Source of the DNA: Ginglymostoma cirratum
Taxonomy: Eukaryota
Length of the DNA stretch: 56,045 nucleotides
Direction of reading: 5' to 3'
Assembly (NCBI GenBank): GCA_024137785.1
Contig: JAHRHZ010000166.1
Coordinates: forward strand, 1,287,872 to 1,343,916
Below the pieces are notes generated by a model. The model saw only the letters and a list, made by a program, of their open reading frames with translations. It had not been told where the DNA came from and did no database searches. Both the position numbers and the translations under genes were made by a program. Shown here piece by piece: positions 48,501 through 56,045 of this stretch. The first letter of the stretch is position 1. Every line of letters begins with the position of its first letter.

Positions 48501-49075
48501 ATGCTAACAAGAAGCTATGTCTGGTGGTCCGGGTTGGATGGAAATATACTGTGTTAGTGAAGCAGAGCCCAGAGTGCCAACAAGGATAAAAATTGCCACC
48601 AGTGGTAGCCTCATATTCATGGGAATCGTCAAGGAAACCCTCGACTCGGTTTCATGTCGATTATGCCAGTCCTTTCAAGGGCTCAATTGTCCTGGTCATT
48701 GTGGATGTCCATTCAAACTGATTGGATGTGCATAAAGTCCGTTCAGCAAACTCAGGGATGACAATTAATAAGCTGCGAGCATCCTCTACAATACTCATAC
48801 TCCGGAAATATTGGTGACAGACAAGCGGACGTCATTTACTAACAGGGAATTTGTGTATTTTTTTGAAGTCAAATGGCACTCAACACATAAGGACGGCTCC
48901 ACACCATCCATCGTCCAATGGTCTGGCAGAAAGAGGGTCTAAACATTGAAGACAGGTTTAACAAAACAGCCTACAACATCACTTGATACCAAACTGTCCT
49001 GGTTCCTGTTTGATTATACAGCTACCCTTCACTCAACAACAGGGATAGCTCCAGCAGAGTTGCTGATCGGGAGAA
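45506..49075 (+). pseudogene. Degenerate Gypsy gag-pol (PR-RT-RNase H-integrase), 3'-truncated
   Basis: LNGHPVPTELSTCAAVSII (protease), WAAPVLPIVKPD..CGDFK and LRSFLGLVNYY (RT), YDASPYGI..EKEGLA (RNase H), HYSHPG and TAPHHPSSNGLAER (integrase). Confidence 0.9.
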
Positions 49076-49084
49076 TACGCCACG

Positions 49085-49420
49085 TGATATTGATGGGGAG
49101 GCAATGGCCTAAAAGTATTATCGCTGGACTGTTAATCTGGAGACCAGGATAAAATTCTGGGGACCCAGGATCGAATCCCACCATGACAGATGGTGGAATT
49201 TGAATTCAATAAATATCTGGAATTAAGAGTCTAATGATAACTGTGAATCCATTGTCAATTGTTTGGGAAAAACCCAACTGGTTCACAATTTCCTTTGGCC
49301 ATCCTTACCTGGTCTGAACGACATCTGACTCCAGACCGACAGCAATGTGGTTGACTCTTAACTGTCTCCTGGGAAATTAAGGATGGGCAATAAATGCTGC
49401 TTAGCCAGTGACGTTCTCGC
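49085..49420 (+). mobile_element. tRNA-derived SINE, second family
   Basis: GGGGAGGCAATGGCCTAA...GGATCGAATCCC (A/B-box-like), tail GGATGGGCAATAAATGCTG. Confidence 0.7.
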
Positions 49421-49780
49421 ACTGTCCATTGTCCATTGGGTCTTTAACCAGGAATGGATACCCCCATAGCTTCATTCACAGATGCCTAGCCAGCAGATGA
49501 CACACCAAATCCTGAAACAATAATAACCATGCTATTTTTAAAAAAACACCTGACAACTGACGGCCAGACTACTCAGACGTCTAGGAATCATGACAGCATA
49601 CAAAACTGCATTCACACTAGGGGCAGCAACTGACCAGCATTAAAGATACCATAGACAGGATGAATGTGGTTTACAAGATATCATGTGGAGATGTCACAAA
49701 ACACTAAATAGGACAAACAGACAGACAACTAGCAACCTGTATTCACGAACACCAGCTAGCAACTAAACGAAACAACCAGA

Positions 49781-50754
49781 TGTAACAAGGCGTGGGGCTG
49801 GATGAACACAGCAGGCCAAGCAGCATCAGAGGAGCAGGAAAGTTTCGTCAAGTTTCGGGCCTAGACACTTCATCAGAAATGGGGGAGGGGAAGAGGGTTC
49901 TGAAATAAATAGGGAGAGAGGGGGAGGCGGATAGAGGATGGATAGAGGAGAGGATAGGTGGAGAGGAGGCAGACAACTCGAAGAGGCGGGGATGGAGCCA
50001 GTAAAGGTGAGTGTAAGTGGGGAGGTAGGGAGGAGATAGGTCAGTCCAGGGAGGACGGACAGGTCAAGGGGGCGGGATGATGTTAGTAGATAGGAGATGG
50101 GGGTGGGGCTTGAGGTGGGAGGAGGGGATAGGTGAGAGGAAAAACAGGTTAAGGAGGCGGAGATGAGCTGGTCTGGTTTTGGGATGCGATTGGGGGAGGG
50201 GAGATTTTGAAGCTTGTGAGATCCACATTGATACCATTGGGCTGCAGGGTTCCCAGGCTGAATATGATTTGCTGTTCCTGCAGCCTTCGGGTGGCGTCAC
50301 TGTGGCATTGCAGGAGGCCCAGGATGGACATGTCGTCTGAGGAATGGGAGGGGGAGTTGAAATGGTTCGCGACTGGGAGGTGCAGTTGTTTGTTGCGAAC
50401 TGAGCGCAGGTGTTCTGCAAAGTGGTTCCCAAGACTCCGCTTGGTTTCCCCGATGTAGAGGAAGCCACAACGGGTACAGCGGATGCAGTATACCACATTG
50501 GCAGATGTGCATGTGAACATCTGCCTGATGTGGAAAGTCTTCTTGGGGCCTGGGATTGGGGTGAGGGAGGAGGTGTGGGGGCAGGTGTAGCATTTCCTGC
50601 GGTTGCAGGGAAAAGTGCCGGGTGTGGTGGGGCTGGAGGGGAGTGTGGAGCGGACAAGGGAGTCGCGGAGGGAGTGGTCCCTCCAGAAGGCAGATAAGGG
50701 TGGGGAGGGAAAAATGTCTTTGGTGGTGGGGTCTGATTGCAGATGGCGGAAGTG
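49781..50754 (-). mobile_element. Nested young Penelope-like 3' fragment (GIY-YIG and terminal repeat)
   Basis: ORF 50149-50520 FTCTSANVVYCIRCTRCGFLYIGETKRSL..HFNSPSHS. Confidence 0.9.
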
Positions 50755-50986
50755 TCTTTGGTTTCAATACACACAGACGAGAAGAACCATGCTTTCAACT
50801 GGGACAACAGTACTCTCCTTGGACAAGCCAAACAGAGAACAACCAGGGAATTCTTGGAGGCTCAGCCTTCATCTCCGGACTCCATCAACAAACACATTGA
50901 ATTCGACCCAATATACCGACCGTTACAATGTACAGCCAGAACCAACACCTATCGGAAGCAGCAAAAACAAGACCATATAAATTCGA

Positions 50987-51172
50987 GATAACAAGGTGTA
51001 GAGCTGGATGAACACAACAGGCCAAGCGGCATCAGAGGAGCAGGAAGGCTGACGTTTCAGGCCTAGGCCCTTCTTCCTGGTCCTCTGCTGTTGCTTGGCC
51101 TGCTGTGTTCATTCAGATCTACACCTTGTTATCTCAGATTCTCCAGCATCTACAGTTCCTACTATCTCTGAA
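50987..51172. mobile_element. Palindromic Penelope-terminus insertion with 15-bp TSD
   Basis: ACCATATAAATTCGA at 50972-50986 and 51173-51187. Confidence 0.8.
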
Positions 51173-51312
51173 ACCATATAAATTCGAACTGGCATAAGGC
51201 AAAGGCACTTCACAGGAGGCTCCACAGCACTAAGGATGTCACCTAGTAAGGGGACGAAACGTCTGCTATCAGGCCTTCTATCAGCTTGGTGAACACCCCA
51301 ACATCTACATGT

Positions 51313-54270
51313 AGAACAGCTTTCTCTGCAGATATGATAGAGCGCAGCAGTCTCTGTTTATATTACAGAGAACAGCAGTCCCTGCCTGTAGAATAGAGAA
51401 CAGCAGTGTCTGCCTGTGGCATAGATGACATCAGTGTATTTCATTGAAAACAACGGCCCCTACCTATATCATAGAGCACAACAGCCCCTGCCTATATCGT
51501 AGAGAACGACAGTCCCGGTAAAAACATAGAGAACAGCAGTCTCTGTGTATAGCATAGAGAACAGCAGTCCCGGCCTATATCATGGAGAACACCAGTACCT
51601 GCCTAAATCATACAGAACAGCAGTCTCTGTGTATATCATAGAGAACAACAGTTGTATCATAAAGAGCAGCAGTCCCTGTCTAGATCATATAGAACAGCAG
51701 TTTCTGCATATAACATAGAGAACACCAGTCCCTGCATATATTATAGGCAACATGAGCCCCGCCTATATCGTAGACAGTAGGAGTCCCCATCGATATTGTA
51801 GACAACTGAAGACTGTGTCTATATCATAGAAAATAGGAGTCCCTGTCTATATCATTGACAACGGGAGTCCCCGTCAATACCACAGATAACAAGAATCCTC
51901 ATCGACATCATAGACAACATAGGTCACCGTCTATATCATAGAATAAAGCAGTCCCCATCTATGTCGCAAAGAACAGCAGTCCCTGTCCATATCATAGAGA
52001 ACAGCTGTAACTGTGTATAGCACACAGAACAGCAATCCCTGTCTATCTGATACAGAACAGCAGGCCCGGCCTAAATCATAGAGAACGGCCATCGCTGTGT
52101 ATATCATACGGAACAGCAGTCGCTGTGTTTATCACAGAGAACAACTGCCCCTGCCTATATTACAGAGAGCAGCAGTCCCTGTCTATATAATAGAGAACAG
52201 CAGTCACTGCCTATAGTATACAGAACAGCAGTCCCTTCCTATAGAATGGTGAACAGCAGTGCCTGCATATGGCATAGACAACATCACAGCCTACCTATAC
52301 TATGGATAATAGCAGTTCCTGCCTAAATCATAGAGAACAGGAGTTCCTTCTTTTATTATAAAGAACATCAGTCCCAGTCTATATTATGGAGCATGGCAGT
52401 CCCTGCCTAAATCATATAGAACAACAGTCGTTGTGTATATCATAGAAAACAACAGCCCGCGCCTATACAATACAGAACTGGAGTACCTGCCGAAAGCATA
52501 GCGAAAAGCAGAAAATATACCATAGAGAACAGAATTCCCTCTCTGTATCATAGGGAACAGCTGTCCCTGCCTATAGAATCATGAACAGCAGTGCTTGCCT
52601 ATGGCATAGACAACATCAGTTCCTGCCTATATTATAGAAAACAGCAGTTTCTACATATTATGAAGAGAACAGAGTCCCTGCCTATATCACAGAGAACAGC
52701 AGTCGTTTTCTATATCATAAACAACAGCAGCCTCTGCCTAAATCATATAGAACAATAGTCCCTGTCTATATCATAGAGAACAGTGATTCCTGTCTATATC
52801 ATAGAGAACAGCAGTCCCTGCCTGTATCAAAGCGAACAGCTATCCCTGTCTATAATGTCAAGAACAGCGGTCCCTGTGGATATTAAAGGGGATGGCAGTC
52901 ACTGCGTATATCACTGGGAAGAGCAGTCCTTATCTTTCTGATGAGGAATGGCAGTCCCTGTCTACAGCATAGAGAATAGCAGTCATTGTGTACATCACAA
53001 AGAATAGCAGATTCTGCTCAGAACATCAGTCCCTACATATATCGTAGGGAACAGCAGTCTCTGCCTATATCACAGAGAAAAGCAGCCCCTGCCGATTTCA
53101 TAGAGAACAGCAGTCCCTGCCGAAATCATAGAGGACAGCAGTCCATGTGATATCATGGAGGACATCACACCCTGTCTGTATTATGGTGAACAGTACTACC
53201 AGTGTATATTACAGAGAACAGCCTTCCTCTCTATATCATGAAAATTAGCAGCCACTGCCTATATTATAGAGAACAGCAATGCTTTCTTAGAGCACAGAAA
53301 ATATCAGTCCCTGACTATCTCACAGAGCAGTCCCTGTGTCTATTATACGGAATAGCAGTCGCTGTGTGTATGGGAGAGACATCAGTCCCAATCTACATTA
53401 GAGAGAATCACAGTCCCTGTCTGCATAGAGTGAACAGCAATCCCTGCCTATCATAGAGAACAGCAGTCACTGCATTTATTATAGTGAACAACAGTCCCTG
53501 TCTATATTATAGTGAACTGCACTTGCTGTGCATATGACAGAGAACAGCATCCCCTCTCTATATTATCGAGAACAGCAGGCCCTGTGTATATTACAGAAAA
53601 TGGCAGTCACTGTATACCATAGGGAAGAGCAGTCGCAGAGAACAGGAGACACTGTCTGTGTCATAGACAACAGAAGTTCGTGTCTATATTATAGTCAACG
53701 GCAGGACTTGCCTAATAACATAGGGAACAGCAGTCCATTTCTATAATATAAAGAATAACTGTGCCTGTCTAACTCATAGCGAACAGCAGTCCCTGCATAC
53801 ATCACGGTGAACAGGAGACCCTGTTTATAACATATACAGCAGGAGTCCCTGTCTATATTATAGACGACTGCAGTCCCTGTCTATATTATAGAGAACAGCA
53901 GTCCTTGCCTGTCTCAGAGGGAACTGAAGTCCCTCTGTATATCATAGAGAACAGCAGTCACTTTGTATATCATAGTAACAGCAGTTGCTGATTATATCAT
54001 AGAGAACAGCAGTCCGTATGTGTATCATATAGAATCGCAGTACCTGTCCATATCGTAGCGAACAGCAGTCCTTGAGTATATCAATGAGAATGGCAGGGTC
54101 TGCCTATAGCATAGAGAACATCAGTCCTCACACATATCATAGTGAACAGCAGTCCCTGCCTATATCATAGAGAACAAGAGTCCCTGCCTGTGTCATGGAG
54201 AGCAGCAGTCTCTGGCCATATCACAGAGAACAGGAGTTCCTTCCTATATCATAGGCAACAGGAGTCCCTG
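51313..54270 (+). repeat. Tandem satellite/minisatellite, ~28-bp unit GAGAACAGCAGTCCCTGCCTATATCATA
   Basis: Roughly 100 diverged head-to-tail units with no unique spacers. Confidence 0.95.
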
Positions 54271-55696
54271 AGGTTGTAGACATGCTCGCCGAGCTGGTGA
54301 GTTTGGTTGCAAATGTTTTGTCACCATGCTAGGTAACGTCATCAGTGCACCCTTAGTGAAACATTGACATCTGTCCCGCTGGTTATTTTTTATGCCTTGG
54401 TTTGCTGGGGTGATTCGCATTACTTCCGGTTTTGTTTCTCTGTGGTTTGTACACAGGGTCTAATTCAATGTGTTCGTTAATGGAGTTCCAGTTGGAATAC
54501 CAGGCCTCCAGGAATTCCCTGGCATGTCTCTGTTTGGCTTATGCGATTATCAATAGGCTTTCCCAGTCAAATTTGTGTCCCTCGTTGTCCATGTGTAGTG
54601 AGGCAAGTGAGAATTGGTCATGTCTCTTGGTGACTAGTTGATGTTCATGTATCTGGGCACTGGGCACTGGGCAGATAAATGGCAGATGGAGTTCAATCCG
54701 GGCAAATGCGAGGTGATGCATTTTGGAAGATCTAATTGAAGAGCAAACTATACAGTAAATGGAAAAGTCCTGGGGAAAATTGATGTACAGAGAGATCTGG
54801 GTGTTCAGGTCCATTGTTCCATGAAGGTGGCAACGCAGGTCAATAGAGTGGTCAAGAAGGCATACGGCATGCTTTCCTTCATCGGACGGGGTATTGAGTA
54901 CAAGAGTTGGCAGGTCATGTTACAGTTGTATAAGACTTTGGTTCGGCCACATTTAGAGTACTGCGTACAGTTCTGGTTGCCACATTACCAAAAGGATGTG
55001 GATGCTTTGGAAAGGGTGCAGAGGAGGTCCCAGGATGTTTCCTGGTATGGAGGGCGCTAGCTATGAAGAAAGGTTGAGTAGACTAGGATTATTTTCATTA
55101 GAAAGATCGACATTGAGGGGGGACCTGATTGAGGTCTACAAAATCATGAGGGGTATAGACAAGGTGGATAGCAAGAAGCTTTTTCCCAGAGTGGGGGACT
55201 CAATTACTAGGGGTCATGAGTTCAAAGTGAGAGGAGGGAAGTTTACGGGAGATATGCGTGGAAAGTTCCTTACGCAGAGGGTGGTGGGTGCCTGGAACAC
55301 GTTACCAGCGGAGGTGGTAGACGCAGACACGTTAGCGTCTTTTAAGATGTATCTGGACAGGTTCATGGATGGACAGGGAGCAAAGGGATACAGAGCCTTA
55401 GAAAATAAATGACAGGTTTAGACAGAGGATCTTGATTGGCGCAGGCTTGGAGGGCTGAAGGGCCTGTTCCTGTGCTGTAACTTCTTTTGTTCTTTGTTCT
55501 TTGTTCTTATCTGTATAGTCAATTTTCTTCGGGTTTGGCCTATGTAATGTTTCCTCACAGTCCTTGCATGGTATTTTGTACATTACCCCAGTTTTGCCAA
55601 TTTTTGGTATGGGATCTTTGACGTTCAGAAATAGGTGTCACAGGGTGGTTGTCAGTTTGTAGGCTAAACTGACACTTAGGGGTTTGTGTAGTCTTG
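54271..55696 (-). mobile_element. Penelope-like 3' part (third family or related) interrupted by a CR1 LINE
   Basis: MYKIPCKDC and GHKFDWES..IIA remnants; terminus CTGATGACGTTACCTAGCATGGTGACAAAAC on the minus strand. Confidence 0.75.
54662..55508 (+). mobile_element. Young CR1 LINE 3' fragment with (TTCTTTG)n tail
   Basis: ORFs 54821-55060 and 54996-55412; short tandem-repeat tail at ~55484-55508. Confidence 0.9.
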
Positions 55697-55706
55697 NNNN
55701 NNNNNN
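55697..55706. other. Assembly gap (10 N)
   Basis: Read directly. Confidence 1.
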
Positions 55707-55844
55707 TCAAGGACATTTCAGAGATGACCACAAGACTACTCAGGCCCCTAGGTATCAGAATAGCCCACAAACCAACAACCACCTACGACAGCTTCTGACG
55801 AATGCAAAGGATCCCAGAACCAAAACCAGCAAAACTGCTGCTCC

Positions 55845-56045
55845 CTGTGCTACAGGCAGGGACTGCTGTTCTCTGTGATTTGGAGAGGAAATGCTGTTCT
55901 CTGTAATATACACAGGTACTGCTGTTCTCCATAACATTCACGGAATGCTTTTTTTTCTATAATATATGTAAGGACCATTGTTTTGTACAATATAGACAGG
56001 TACTGCCATTCTCTATGATATAGTCAGAGAATCCTGTTGTCTATG
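55845..56045 (-). repeat. Same 28-bp satellite in reverse orientation
   Basis: AGGCAGGGACTGCTGTTCTCTGTGAT is the reverse complement of the unit. Confidence 0.9.

Larger units (their letters stand above)
49440..51310 (+). mobile_element. Penelope-like element (third family) 3' part, interrupted by two nested insertions
   Basis: NVVYKISC..IGQT-type GIY-YIG remnant, HAFNWDN..REFLEA..SINKHIE; terminus CACTAAGGATGTCACCTAGTAAGGGGACGAAACGTC is a decayed hammerhead core. Confidence 0.7.

Noticed and set aside
53202-53746. ORFs within the satellite
   Set aside because: Chance open frames of the 28-bp tandem repeat.
51313-54270. CRISPR array (28-bp repeats)
   Set aside because: Units are head-to-tail and diverged with no unique spacers, there are no cas genes, and the context is eukaryotic.

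Overview
Vertebrate genomic DNA, almost certainly a cartilaginous fish (shark-type CR1/HER1-like LINEs, HE1/V-SINE-like SINEs, Penelope-like elements, Gypsy LTR remnants). Most of the window is decayed retroelement sequence, ending in a ~3 kb 28-bp satellite and a 10-N gap. One intact-looking host gene lies on the minus strand (~37801 to 32079). Its predicted structure is leader, one exon with V and J already joined in the germline (YYCACW...FGNGS), an 87-nt intron, a light-chain/TCR-like C1 exon, a transmembrane exon, and two cytoplasmic exons ending in an ITIM/ITSM-like motif (TLYAHL). The V, C1, TM and cytoplasmic exons have canonical, phase-compatible GT-AG sites, and no recombination signal sequence is visible. 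This predicts a ~304-aa non-rearranging, antigen-receptor-like, probably inhibitory VJ-C1 receptor; the leader exons are tentative. A second theme is the many Penelope-derived termini carrying minimal hammerhead-ribozyme cores (CTGANGA-hairpin-GAAAC-GTC). They occur as short palindromic insertions with 13-15 bp target-site duplications and as a ~1.1 kb internally deleted element with a core in each terminal repeat. Two local templated-copy events are also visible. All calls were made by eye and no database search was possible. Repeat boundaries are approximate, while exon boundaries were read base by base.
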